Positions 9,585-18,534 of a stretch of 64,000 nt of DNA are shown in pieces. The notes under the pieces are model-generated. The model was not told where the DNA came from. It worked only from the letters and a program-made list of their open reading frames with translations, and did not search any database. The position numbers were made by a program, and so were the translations under genes. The DNA is from a virus (Duplodnaviria > Caudoviricetes). Where the stretch lies: positions 64,001 through 128,000 of the IMG/VR virus record IMGVR_UViG_3300029288_000077; one strand, written 5' to 3'. Each line of letters starts with the position of its first letter. The first letter of the stretch is position 1.

Positions 9585-10551
9585 TAAGAAAGTACTGCTG
9601 ATTGGTGCCGGTGGTTTGCTGGGGCAAGCCATCGTTGCAGAATATAACAAGTTGTTTGTTCGTAAACTGCTAAGCTTTTTTCTAATACACAGAAACAAAA
9701 AACAGTTAGATATCACCAACAGGATCCGAATAGAAGAAGCAATCAGTGTTTACAGCCCAAACATCATTATCAACGCCTCTGGATACACCAACGTAGATGG
9801 TGCTGAAAAAGAACCAGAACTGTGTAACAAAATAAATGGTATAGGGGTGCGGAATCTAGCAGAAGCAGCAAACCACTTAGGTATCAAAGTCATTCATATT
9901 TCTTCTGATTATGTATTTTCCGGGTCCGCAAGAAAGCCGTATGCTATCGACGCACAATTTGCCCCTATAAATACCTACGGAAACAGTAAGGCGGTTGGTG
10001 AGATCAATATAAGGAGCACTTTAGATCCAGCATTCTACAAAATAATTCGTACAAGCAGCTTATTTGGTCCGTACAAGGAGAATTTTCTATACAGGCTAAT
10101 TCGCAGGATCGTAATTTCTTCTGATTTAACCGCGCCTATTATCATGACCGACAAGATGCGCACAGCTATAACCAACGCAAACGAGCTAGCAAGGTTTATA
10201 TTGAATCTGTGCGAGCACGACCACTTGTATAAAGCGTTTGACAATACCATTCATTTTACAAATACAGGTAGTATGACTAGGTATGAATTAGCCAAGAAAG
10301 TGATACATGGGCTGGGTGTGGATGAACATGTACTCAGAAAGGGTGATTTTGTAGCAAAAGAGTCAGCAGCGAAAAGGCCAACATACTCCGTATTGGATCT
10401 TAGTAAAACGGTTGACAGGTATACAGTAAATTCCTGTGAACATGTTCTAGATGAGTACATAAAGACATTTGCTTTATACGATATATTGAAAGCGTGTAAT
10501 GTACCAGTAAAACAAGTTTCGACGTGGGTGAAGAGGAGACAGGAATTATGA
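9577..10551 (+). CDS. rmlD: dTDP-4-dehydrorhamnose reductase-like SDR
   Basis: GAGGLLG Rossmann motif, GYTNVDGAE, HISSDYVFSG, PINTYGNSKAVGE (YxxxK), AKRPTYSVLD. Confidence 0.85.
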   Translation: MFDKKVLLIGAGGLLGQAIVAEYNKLFVRKLLSFFLIHRNKKQLDITNRIRIEEAISVYSPNIIINASGYTNVDGAEKEPELCNKINGIGVRNLAEAANHLGIKVIHISSDYVFSGSARKPYAIDAQFAPINTYGNSKAVGEINIRSTLDPAFYKIIRTSSLFGPYKENFLYRLIRRIVISSDLTAPIIMTDKMRTAITNANELARFILNLCEHDHLYKAFDNTIHFTNTGSMTRYELAKKVIHGLGVDEHVLRKGDFVAKESAAKRPTYSVLDLSKTVDRYTVNSCEHVLDEYIKTFALYDILKACNVPVKQVSTWVKRRQEL

Positions 10552-10775
10552 AATACAAAGTGCAGGTTGATTTGACATTAGATTGTGGGTCAAAACACTG
10601 CAGAAACTGCAGATTTCTGGTTACCACAGAAACCATACGCTATACACATGTTTATGTTGAAGAATTTAGCCACACAATACGCTGTACTTTGTTCGACAAA
10701 ATTGTGGAATTTAGAGGGTTGAATGCAATGCGTTTGGATGAGTGCTTGCGATTTCTTAAAAAACTAGGTAAATAA
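10548..10775 (+). CDS. Small Cys-rich hypothetical protein
   Basis: ATGA coupling; CxxxCxxC. Confidence 0.55.
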   Translation: MKYKVQVDLTLDCGSKHCRNCRFLVTTETIRYTHVYVEEFSHTIRCTLFDKIVEFRGLNAMRLDECLRFLKKLGK

Positions 10776-10795
10776 CTGCAGGTGGTTTAGGATCG

Positions 10796-11032
10796 ATGTT
10801 GGAACACGACCTACAGTTAGGCGAGTTGATAACTTGGGGTGATATCGTCTACGAGGTATTTAGCCTGTTCATGTGTACCGATGGCCCATTCTTGGCTAGG
10901 TTGCGTCGGCTAGATACGATGCAGATTACTCAAGGAGTTGTGCTTGTTGGTACGCTGGTTGGAAATAAGAAGGGGTACACCAGGAAAAAGCAATCTATTG
11001 AATTGTTTGGAGATGAGTTTGCTGGGTGCTAA
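10796..11032 (+). CDS. Hypothetical protein
   Basis: Fits the gene run. Confidence 0.45.
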   Translation: MLEHDLQLGELITWGDIVYEVFSLFMCTDGPFLARLRRLDTMQITQGVVLVGTLVGNKKGYTRKKQSIELFGDEFAGC

Positions 11033-11433
11033 ATACACAGGAGACCGTGCGTAGAAAAATACACGCTATTGGAGTGAGATGTACCATGAAAGACTTACAA
11101 TGTCAAATGTACCATGATGGAGTACAATGTACAGGCACTCTCGTATACCTAGATAGATACAGTACCTGTCTTGGTACCGTAGAGGGACTAAACGGAAATC
11201 AAATAGCAGAGATATTTAGGTGTAGTGTATGCAAGGAATTGATCGTAAGACCGTACAGGTGGCATGTGGCTGGTGAACAGGACAAGCATGAGCTTAGAGA
11301 TTTTATAAGTGGTAAGAATGGAATGAACTATTCAGTGTTGTTGACAGAAGATGAGTTGCTTTTGCTAGATGGTCATGCATCTGAACGAGTACAAAAGATG
11401 ATTGAATTCATAAAAGCGTGCACGGAGTATTAA
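11026..11433 (+). CDS. Hypothetical Cys-containing protein
   Basis: Fits the gene run; start uncertain. Confidence 0.5.
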   Translation: MLNTQETVRRKIHAIGVRCTMKDLQCQMYHDGVQCTGTLVYLDRYSTCLGTVEGLNGNQIAEIFRCSVCKELIVRPYRWHVAGEQDKHELRDFISGKNGMNYSVLLTEDELLLLDGHASERVQKMIEFIKACTEY

Positions 11434-11676
11434 ATGATAGTTGGTAATAAAAAGTATTTTCTTGAGTGTCTTAAATGCCATACTAATTTTGAATGTAATG
11501 AGGAAAATTACAAAAAGTATACTGACGGATCTGGATTCAGCATTTTTTGCCCAGTGTGTAAACGTATGTATGCAGGAGGATTGGTGGGTGTTTTAAATCT
11601 GGTTGGTGTGAAAATCAAAAAACACCATGAAACTAAACCCAGAAGTATACATATGTCTAAGTGGCTGCTGCTGTAA
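11434..11676 (+). CDS. Zinc-ribbon protein
   Basis: CLKC...CPVC; starts directly after the upstream stop. Confidence 0.55.
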   Translation: MIVGNKKYFLECLKCHTNFECNEENYKKYTDGSGFSIFCPVCKRMYAGGLVGVLNLVGVKIKKHHETKPRSIHMSKWLLL

Positions 11677-11688
11677 GGAGGTGCAATA

Positions 11689-11964
11689 ATGGCACTGATA
11701 GTTATTGGATCAATCTTCGGGGTCCTTACCGCTACTACAATATTTCTTATCATTCGAGGATTGAAATATACTGACGAAACAAAGGTGGCTGCACATATTG
11801 TTCCTGCTTTGTTTACTGGATTGGCTGCCCTTACCGTACTGGTTTGGTTTTTTATAGAATTGAACAGTTGTCTAGCTTGTATATACGGACACTGGGAAGA
11901 ACGAAATATAAGATGGGGTTACTACTCTGGCTGTCAAGTTGTAAATGTGCGGGTAGAAAAATAG
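11689..11964 (+). CDS. Two-TM membrane protein
   Basis: TAAGGAGGT SD; two hydrophobic helices. Confidence 0.65.
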   Translation: MALIVIGSIFGVLTATTIFLIIRGLKYTDETKVAAHIVPALFTGLAALTVLVWFFIELNSCLACIYGHWEERNIRWGYYSGCQVVNVRVEK

Positions 11965-11965
11965 A

Positions 11966-12391
11966 ATGAAAACCCACAAATGGGCAGAAATAAAGACCAG
12001 AAAGTTCTCTAAGAAAAAGATTTATGATCTAGACAAGCGGATAAATAAGATAAATCAGAAGTTATATGAAACGGAAATGAAAGAAGCAAAACAGTGTGCA
12101 GCAGATGGTTGCAGGAAAAAGTCCAGCGCAAGTGTGGCCGAGATTGTCATTAACCACAACTGGGTACGTATTGCTGGATTGTGTTCAGAACATTTCGCGC
12201 AGAGACTAAGAGAGCTGGCCGATAAAGCAGAGAGACTGGTGAAATGCCCGTATTGTGATGGTACCAAATGGACTACTGCTACTGATGGCATTCATGCTAT
12301 GTCTTTCAAGTGTGTTTGTCCAGAGTGTGTCGGATACGGAAAAGTTACAAGAGGTAGAGCACATGATATCAGAAAAGGCATGAGCAAATGA
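11966..12391 (+). CDS. Zinc-finger protein (DnaJ-type CPYCDG...CPECVGYG)
   Basis: Cys motifs; basic N-terminus. Confidence 0.55.
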   Translation: MKTHKWAEIKTRKFSKKKIYDLDKRINKINQKLYETEMKEAKQCAADGCRKKSSASVAEIVINHNWVRIAGLCSEHFAQRLRELADKAERLVKCPYCDGTKWTTATDGIHAMSFKCVCPECVGYGKVTRGRAHDIRKGMSK

Positions 12392-12777
12392 AATGTTCAG
12401 CCACATTGCGTTTGGGTGACGATTATGGGGACAACACTAGTACCTTCCGATGCCAATTAGAGGAAGGACACCAAGGACCGCACCAAGAAGTATTTAAACA
12501 TACTGGTGTTAGCGGTAAGGAAGGAAAGGTGGTAGTGACTTGGGAAGAAGACGAGGGTGAAGAATTTTATTTCAAGGATCGTTTTTTCTCTGATGAACTA
12601 AAAAGAACGTGTAAGAGACTGGACGGTCTTACTACAGAGGAACAAGACACTGCAGCTATGCGTTTGTTTGAAGATGAAGAGTTTACCAAAGAGGAAATAG
12701 CCAAGTGCGCTTCTTGTGAACTATTTTCAAGATGCCAAGATAGGATAGAACCGGAGAAAGTAGAAGATGGACTCTAG
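12388..12777 (+). CDS. Hypothetical protein (C/H metal-binding motif CQLEEGHQGPH)
   Basis: ATGA coupling. Confidence 0.6.
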   Translation: MKCSATLRLGDDYGDNTSTFRCQLEEGHQGPHQEVFKHTGVSGKEGKVVVTWEEDEGEEFYFKDRFFSDELKRTCKRLDGLTTEEQDTAAMRLFEDEEFTKEEIAKCASCELFSRCQDRIEPEKVEDGL

Positions 12778-12976
12778 TACATTTCGTCCTTGCAAAATGT
12801 GTATGGAACACACCTGTAAATGGTGGAGAATTACACCGGAATCTGACAACCTAACTACGTACATGTATCCTGCCAGGTTCTATGTAGCTGATAGTAATGG
12901 TAAACTTAAGGAGATCGTTTCTCCTGGGTACTGTACCAGGAAAGGGTCACCACTTTGTTTTGAGAAGGGTGCATGA
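12767..12976 (+). CDS. Small Cys-rich hypothetical protein
   Basis: Overlap coupling on both sides. Confidence 0.5.
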   Translation: MDSSTFRPCKMCMEHTCKWWRITPESDNLTTYMYPARFYVADSNGKLKEIVSPGYCTRKGSPLCFEKGA

Positions 12977-13248
12977 TCATGTACAGGGTGTCTGAATGCC
13001 CAGAAGACGAAGTAAGATTGCAAAGCGGTGCTATAGTACATCCGCTAGTCACATTCACTACAGATTCGGGACATCCAGCAGCACATATCATTCAAGACAG
13101 CGGATGTTATGTACTGTTGTTGGACCGTGATGACTATTGTATACTTACACCGTGGTGGTTTCCCGAGGCTGTGGCTGCAGTAAGAATGCTTCCGATGCCC
13201 ACAAAGGACAACACGTTTTATGATTATGTGGAGAGGGACCATGAGTGA
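12973..13248 (+). CDS. Hypothetical protein
   Basis: ATGA coupling. Confidence 0.55.
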   Translation: MIMYRVSECPEDEVRLQSGAIVHPLVTFTTDSGHPAAHIIQDSGCYVLLLDRDDYCILTPWWFPEAVAAVRMLPMPTKDNTFYDYVERDHE

Positions 13249-14236
13249 TGATCTTGAAGAGTTTGGTACCGAAGTGGGTGATGATTCTAAGCCTGATAGT
13301 GAGAAAGAGCTTAGACCAAAGCTTACTAAGGCGGAACCAGGAGATGCGATGGTTCCGGACGCATCTTCAGGCGAATTTAGATACGAACAATGGTCGATAG
13401 GTGGGAATGGTTGCTTTTTTGGTGCAGGAACAACCGTAGAAATACTACCGCCAGGAATGTATAAAGCATGTATGAGTGAATCTGGGCCGTACGTAGAAAG
13501 GATGGACATAAAGATAGATGATCTTATGGAGGCACCAGATGGGTTGTCAAAACAAGTTTTTGATGAGATACAACTATTTTGGACCAAGGAAGAGGTGTTC
13601 AGGCATTATGGTTTCTTGCACAGACGTGGGTATCTTTTGTTTGGACCAGCCGGGAGTGGTAAAACTGCTTTAGTGCAGCTTATTTGTCATAGAGTGGTCA
13701 GTGAGGGAGACATAGTTTTGATGTGTGAAAATCCTGGTCCTTTACAACGAGTACTCAAGATGCTAAGAAGTATAGAATCAAACAGGCGTGTAGTGTGTGT
13801 CTTTGAAGATATAGATGCCATTGTTAGTAATTATGGAGATTCGAAGATATTGTCCATACTTGACGGAGAGGATCAAATCAATAGGGTATTGAATATTGCT
13901 ACCACCAATTATCCAGAAAGACTAGATAGGCGCATCGTGGCTCGTCCAAGGCGGTTTGATAGAGTGATGAAGATTGGTGCCCCGTCTGCACAAACCAGGT
14001 ATTTATACTTGAAGAAGAAGTTGAGTATAGGAAAAGATGAATTAGACACTTGGGTTGAAAAAACAGAGGGACTGTCTTTTGCATCTATGGCAGAGCTAGT
14101 AATCAGTGTAAAGTGCCTGGATCATGACTTTGATAGTACCGTGGAGCTGTTGCGTAAGATGGCAAAGGGTAAGTCTTCGAGTGAAGACTACGCAAATAAC
14201 CACATAGGTATTTGCCCTAGCGTGGCGCAGAAATAA
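13241..14236 (+). CDS. AAA+ ATPase
   Basis: RRGYLLFGPAGSGKT (Walker A), VFEDID (Walker B), ATTNYPERLD, RPRRFD (arginine finger). Confidence 0.9.
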   Translation: MSDDLEEFGTEVGDDSKPDSEKELRPKLTKAEPGDAMVPDASSGEFRYEQWSIGGNGCFFGAGTTVEILPPGMYKACMSESGPYVERMDIKIDDLMEAPDGLSKQVFDEIQLFWTKEEVFRHYGFLHRRGYLLFGPAGSGKTALVQLICHRVVSEGDIVLMCENPGPLQRVLKMLRSIESNRRVVCVFEDIDAIVSNYGDSKILSILDGEDQINRVLNIATTNYPERLDRRIVARPRRFDRVMKIGAPSAQTRYLYLKKKLSIGKDELDTWVEKTEGLSFASMAELVISVKCLDHDFDSTVELLRKMAKGKSSSEDYANNHIGICPSVAQK

Positions 14237-14237
14237 A

Positions 14238-14465
14238 TTGAGCAACAAAAAGAAAAAGACGATTATAATGGTGGCTGCGTCTAAGGATGCAGATCTTCCA
14301 GCTAATTTGGTATTGAAAAAGGTTTGTGATGAATTTGGCGGTAAAAGTGGAGGAAGAGCCGATTTTGCTCAGGGTGGTGGTGTGGACCCCGAAAAGTTCA
14401 ATGTGGAGCGGATTTATGAGATCATAGAAGAGATACTTAGAAATAAACACAAAGGAGACAAATAA
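14238..14465 (+). CDS. Stand-alone DHHA1 / AlaRS C-terminal (C-Ala)-like domain
   Basis: ANLVLKKVCDEFGGKSGGRADFAQGGG matches the AlaRS C-terminal GGKGGGRPDxAQxGG signature. TTG start. Confidence 0.7.
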   Translation: MSNKKKKTIIMVAASKDADLPANLVLKKVCDEFGGKSGGRADFAQGGGVDPEKFNVERIYEIIEEILRNKHKGDK

Positions 14466-14782
14466 TGGCCGGTAGAAGGATGGATTGTGGACACAACGAG
14501 GATGCCGTTATTTGGGACGTCGCTTTGAAGAAGACCGTGTGCAGTTCTTGCAATGCAGAAGCGGTAAATGCCTCGTTCCTTGCACGCCTATTGGATTCAC
14601 AACAAAATGAAGCAGCATTTAAAACGATACACGAAACGTTCAAGGAGAGGCCGTCAGAGGAGTATATGCGTGAAGCCATGAAAACTTATAAGAACATGCA
14701 CTCAAGCGATCCTGATCATATGCAGGGGTTCATTAAGTTGATGGAAATGGCCCTGCAAGTATATAATACCAAAGGAGAGTGA
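14465..14782 (+). CDS. Hypothetical protein
   Basis: AAAGGAG SD, TAATG coupling. Confidence 0.6.
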   Translation: MAGRRMDCGHNEDAVIWDVALKKTVCSSCNAEAVNASFLARLLDSQQNEAAFKTIHETFKERPSEEYMREAMKTYKNMHSSDPDHMQGFIKLMEMALQVYNTKGE

Positions 14783-14785
14783 CAA

Positions 14786-14983
14786 ATGTTTATAAAAACT
14801 GGTGATGCTATGGAAGTGCAGAAGGTGTTATGCGAGTGTGGGGGAGAAATTGACGAGAGCACCAAGAAGTGTAAAAAGTGTGGTAAGGACTATAACGAAA
14901 AGAAGGCAGATTTGGTTAAGCATTCCGATGAGCATGGGTATCCCGCGTCATGTGGGTGTACTACATCATGGGGAGGTGCATAG
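14786..14983 (+). CDS. Small zinc-ribbon protein
   Basis: AAAGGAG SD; CEC...CKKC. Confidence 0.6.
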   Translation: MFIKTGDAMEVQKVLCECGGEIDESTKKCKKCGKDYNEKKADLVKHSDEHGYPASCGCTTSWGGA

Positions 14984-15033
14984 ATAAAATACTGTAAGAG
15001 TGGTGGTGTTAGGAACAAACTCGAAAAAGGAGA

Positions 15034-15288
15034 ATGAACGTGGCAGAAGAAGTGAAGGAAACTGTGACCGAGACTGCAGAGACCTGTTGCAAGAAGGTGC
15101 TAACCCTCAAGTCTGAGGCTTTGCACGGTATGGCGAAGTTGATGGATGCCATCTATGCAGATGACGAACCGGCCGCTAAGGGCACCAAGGCTGCGCTGCG
15201 CCGAATCCGTGTGTCTATCATGGAGATGGTGCACCTGGCCAAGACAGCCCGCAAGGACGTCCTGGAGCTGATGAAGTCGGGCAAGTGA
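15034..15288 (+). CDS. Hc1 (histone H1-like) family-like protein
   Basis: KGTKAALRRIRVSIMEMVHLAKTARKDV resembles the Hc1 core GNKAAxxRxRxxxxELxKxAKxxRKE. AAAGGAG SD; GC-rich codons. Confidence 0.6.
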   Translation: MNVAEEVKETVTETAETCCKKVLTLKSEALHGMAKLMDAIYADDEPAAKGTKAALRRIRVSIMEMVHLAKTARKDVLELMKSGK

Positions 15289-15297
15289 TGTCGCCGC

Positions 15298-15339
15298 AAT
15301 GTGCCCGGTGTTGGTAATAGTGCTGGCACCGGGCACATT
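15298..15339 (+). terminator. Long hairpin downstream of the Hc1-like gene (second small hairpin GTAGCA/TGCTAC follows)
   Basis: AATGTGCCCGGTG / CACCGGGCACATT perfect 13-bp inverted repeat. Confidence 0.6.
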
Positions 15340-15391
15340 CGTGTAAGGAAGGTAGCAAACATGCTACATATTTATTTAAAGAAGGAAGAAA

Positions 15392-15580
15392 ATGAGTACG
15401 CAGTTTCAAAAAGATAAGTGGGTTCTGTGGGAAGCAATAAATAAATATGCACAGTCCAGTGGTAATGACAAGTACCTGGCGGAAGAAATAGAAAGACTTA
15501 TAAAATCTTTGGCAGAAAATTTGTATACGCACACTGCGGAGAAGTTCTACGAATTTTATGGTATGCCCGTAGGTGGATGA
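15392..15580 (+). CDS. Hypothetical protein
   Basis: AAGGAAG SD. Confidence 0.5.
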   Translation: MSTQFQKDKWVLWEAINKYAQSSGNDKYLAEEIERLIKSLAENLYTHTAEKFYEFYGMPVGG

Positions 15581-15921
15581 CGTATCCCCACCAGGAAGAT
15601 CGTATGATTCAATCATCGTTAAAATATGAAGCTCATGGATGTTCTACGTCCATGCCAGATGGGCACAATAATGACAGTAACGTTACTTACACAGCAGTGT
15701 ACGTTAACAATGAACCAGATGACTGCGCAAAAGAAGATGAATTCGAAGGGATGTTGTTTAGTGCGTGGGAGTCAAACTATTGGTGGCGCGATTGTGCCAA
15801 GGATGATTGTTTTTCTGTAGAAATGCCTGTACTACCCTTAATTGAAAAGAAAGTGTGGACCTTCAATCATAGCGGAGTTAGACCGTGGACAGGAAAAAAC
15901 TTTCACAAAAGCGTACATTGA
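15577..15921 (+). CDS. Hypothetical protein
   Basis: ATGA coupling. Confidence 0.5.
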   Translation: MTYPHQEDRMIQSSLKYEAHGCSTSMPDGHNNDSNVTYTAVYVNNEPDDCAKEDEFEGMLFSAWESNYWWRDCAKDDCFSVEMPVLPLIEKKVWTFNHSGVRPWTGKNFHKSVH

Positions 15922-15945
15922 CCAGCGGCTTTTTCGCAGTATAAT
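15918..15945 (+). promoter_or_regulatory. Sigma70-type promoter, probably producing a leaderless transcript
   Basis: TTGACC-N16-TATAAT; ATG begins 6 nt after the -10 and has no SD. Confidence 0.7.
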
Positions 15946-15951
15946 ACACAC

Positions 15952-16407
15952 ATGAACATACTCTTCTTAGACTTTGACGGCGTGTTTATCTGCTGTGCCG
16001 GTCCCTCTGCACGATTGCCTTATCCTCCTGCTGTAGATGCACTGAACGATTTAATCAAGCGTACCAATTCTCAAGTGGTGGTGTCTTCTGCATGGCGCAT
16101 TGGCTGGACCATTGAGAAGCTGCAGCAGACCTTAGATGAGTTTGGTGTGTGGTGTAAGGTAATCGGAAAAACATGCAATACTACATACGATCATGATAGC
16201 AATAAACAAAGCACTAGGGGCGAGGAGATTGCTGAGTGGTTGGGTGAGTGCGGCTTTGGGCACCGTGTGACAGATTTTGTCGTTGTCGATGACGAGACTT
16301 GTGACATGACCAACTTACCACAAGACAAGATCTTATATGTTGAAGACGGTTGGTTTAACAAAGGGCTGACTCAAGAGATGGTGGACAAGTTTCTAGAAAG
16401 GAAGTAA
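15952..16407 (+). CDS. HAD phosphatase (Swiss-army-knife RNA-repair-like HAD)
   Basis: LFLDFDGV, VVSSAWR, RGEEIAEWL, FVVVDD, GLT. Confidence 0.85.
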   Translation: MNILFLDFDGVFICCAGPSARLPYPPAVDALNDLIKRTNSQVVVSSAWRIGWTIEKLQQTLDEFGVWCKVIGKTCNTTYDHDSNKQSTRGEEIAEWLGECGFGHRVTDFVVVDDETCDMTNLPQDKILYVEDGWFNKGLTQEMVDKFLERK

Positions 16408-16412
16408 AGGAA

Positions 16413-16619
16413 ATGCATAAAAGATATCATGATTATATTGAAGCGCTGTCAATCTTCATGAAGTATGATCCGGACGGTACATGCGTATTGTGCGCCGAAC
16501 ACGATGTTATATATGCACTTGTAGATACTAAAAAAATCTCTGCACAAGATCTCAATAAGCTGAAGGAACTTGGATGGTGTATAACTAATGATGGTAAAAG
16601 TTTTTATACGTACACATAA
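16413..16619 (+). CDS. Small conserved phage protein (CAEHDVIY...LKELGW)
   Basis: AAAGGA SD; recognisable small phage motif. Confidence 0.6.
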   Translation: MHKRYHDYIEALSIFMKYDPDGTCVLCAEHDVIYALVDTKKISAQDLNKLKELGWCITNDGKSFYTYT

Positions 16620-16748
16620 CAAGGAGATCTTTCCATAAAAACTAAAGCGTGCTTTGTAAGACACCTCGTGTCCAGAGTACATGGAAGGATCGCGTTTTGA
16701 ACTCATGCGCTGGGCAGCAGGCAGTGGATGGATGCGTGGGAGAGCAAA

Positions 16749-16943
16749 ATGAAAGAGATTAACAAGCAGGTAATGCGAGTAGACTGCTCTCCGCTGAACC
16801 CGAAGCAGTGGTGCCTGACGCTGGAGTGTGGGCATGAGATGTGGGTGACCAGCAAGCGGCGTCCGACTAGAAGGAAAGTTGTTTGCGTCGAGTGCAAAAT
16901 GCAGTACGGGAACATTGCGCCCAAGGAGGAGGTGGAGGGATGA
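16749..16943 (+). CDS. Small zinc-ribbon protein, paralog of 9420..9584
   Basis: SPLNPKQWCLTLECGHEMWVTSKRRP...CVEC. Confidence 0.7.
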   Translation: MKEINKQVMRVDCSPLNPKQWCLTLECGHEMWVTSKRRPTRRKVVCVECKMQYGNIAPKEEVEG

Positions 16944-17143
16944 GCGATACCGTTGACGAAGGAACGATCCAGGATCTCCAGTGCTACATCATTACCCTGG
17001 AGTCCGAGTTACGTAGCATCAAGAAAGCGGCTGAGTTATTTTATGCAAGCCACACCCACGGAAACGTAATCTGTGCTGTGTGCGAGGCAGTAAAGCAGGT
17101 AATGGCATTGCTCCAGATGGTAAAAAGTTGTAATACACCATGA
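16940..17143 (+). CDS. Hypothetical protein
   Basis: GGAGG SD, ATGA coupling. Confidence 0.55.
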   Translation: MSDTVDEGTIQDLQCYIITLESELRSIKKAAELFYASHTHGNVICAVCEAVKQVMALLQMVKSCNTP

Positions 17144-17156
17144 AAGTGAGTGACTT

Positions 17157-17393
17157 GTGAGAACTAAGACTAAGAAGAACACTGTTGAAGCCAGGCTTGA
17201 TCGTCTAGAACAAATCGCACAGTTGGTGCTCAAACATATCAGCGCAGCGGGTGACAGAAACCGAATTTACGCCAACAAGAAGATGGCAATGCAGGCTGAT
17301 GCTGAGGCAGATCGCTTGTGGTGCATGCAGGCACAGGAAAATCAAACGGTGGCGATCAAATTTCTACAAGAAATGGAGAGGAACAAGTCATGA
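17157..17393 (+). CDS. Hypothetical protein
   Basis: GTG start; fits the gene run. Confidence 0.45.
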   Translation: MRTKTKKNTVEARLDRLEQIAQLVLKHISAAGDRNRIYANKKMAMQADAEADRLWCMQAQENQTVAIKFLQEMERNKS

Positions 17394-17497
17394 GAGCCCG
17401 TGCGATGCGTTATCAGAAGGCCCAAGAGAAGAGACAGGCGCGTAATAAGAAGAAGCGCGCTGCTACCAGACGTTTCCAAAATGCTAAGGCGCACTGA
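17390..17497 (+). CDS. 35-aa highly basic peptide (MRARAMRYQKAQEKRQARNKKKRAATRRFQNAKAH)
   Basis: ATGA coupling and GGAGAGG SD; below the ORF-track cutoff. Confidence 0.45.
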   Translation: MRARAMRYQKAQEKRQARNKKKRAATRRFQNAKAH

Positions 17498-17573
17498 GTA
17501 GTTGATTTGTCTCTTTATTTTCCTTTTCACTAAACACACCTTAAATTCCTTATCTTAGAAAGTAATATACTTG

Positions 17574-17595
17574 TCCTTGGTGTAATAACCAAGGA
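17574..17595 (+). promoter_or_regulatory. Hairpin occluding the SD of the prohead protease gene
   Basis: TCCTTGGT-GTAATA-ACCAAGGA; the AAGGAG SD overlaps the 3' arm. Confidence 0.55.
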
Positions 17596-17603
17596 GCGAG
17601 TAA

Positions 17604-18464
17604 ATGTTTTTTAAAACTGCCTCTATTCCCATCATAGCCTTATTCGAAACCAACGGCAAATTCCACAAACTGGCATCACAGAACGATGACTTGCCTGGGC
17701 ATGCCCTTGATAAAATTAAGGGCAAGTTGAACATGTTTGATAAGGACATGCTCAAAGCTATAGCTAAAGTATATAATATCTCCGACAAAATTTCTGATTA
17801 TGTATTTCCTGTTCCGCGTGCTGTAACTGCTAATATACCCAACGGCAACCGAGATAGATTTACTGATGGTGAGTTATTGCGTTTTGCTGAACTACATAAG
17901 TGTCGGGTTTATGAGACTTTCCGCAATGATCCTATCCACATTGAGCACAATGCTGCTGACCCGCGCACTGCTCGTGGGTTTATACCTGATGCAGCCTACA
18001 ATAAGTATAACCACAAAGATCAACATGTGTTGACCATCGCTGCTATAGACACTAAGAAAGACATACCTTTTGCACAGGGCATAATCAGTGGTGAGATAAA
18101 CAAGTTTTCGATGGGCTGTATATGTGATTCAGTGAAATGCGGAAAGTGTGGGAAGGTGGCCAGTTCTGAGGAAGATCTGTGTGACTGTTTGAAGCATGAT
18201 AAGATGTCTACTTACAGTGACTGTTTGGGTGTGGAGTTCAAAGAGTTGTCTGGTGTGGATAACCCAGCCGATGAGACTGCCACCACTCAATATATGTTGA
18301 TGGCAGCCAGTCTAAGAAAGATGGGCGTACAGGCAAAGGAACAAGCAAAGATTGTAAACCAGATTTTGAATCGTGGCGAACAAGTACAGTTAGCTAGGTA
18401 CATCAAAGCAAACATAAATACTTTGCCTGAATCATTCTTGAAACTAGTTCAAACTATAATGTAG
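17604..18464 (+). CDS. Prohead maturation protease (HK97/assemblin-like fold) with Cys-rich insertion
   Basis: PIHIEH (His), FSMG (Ser), FKELSGVDNPAD; CICDSVKCGKC...CDC insert; located upstream of scaffold and capsid genes. Confidence 0.85.
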   Translation: MFFKTASIPIIALFETNGKFHKLASQNDDLPGHALDKIKGKLNMFDKDMLKAIAKVYNISDKISDYVFPVPRAVTANIPNGNRDRFTDGELLRFAELHKCRVYETFRNDPIHIEHNAADPRTARGFIPDAAYNKYNHKDQHVLTIAAIDTKKDIPFAQGIISGEINKFSMGCICDSVKCGKCGKVASSEEDLCDCLKHDKMSTYSDCLGVEFKELSGVDNPADETATTQYMLMAASLRKMGVQAKEQAKIVNQILNRGEQVQLARYIKANINTLPESFLKLVQTIM

Positions 18465-18534
18465 GTTATACAAACAAAAATTAATAACACATACGGCATA
18501 ATATAGTATGCTGTAGAAACAGGAGAGCAAAAAC

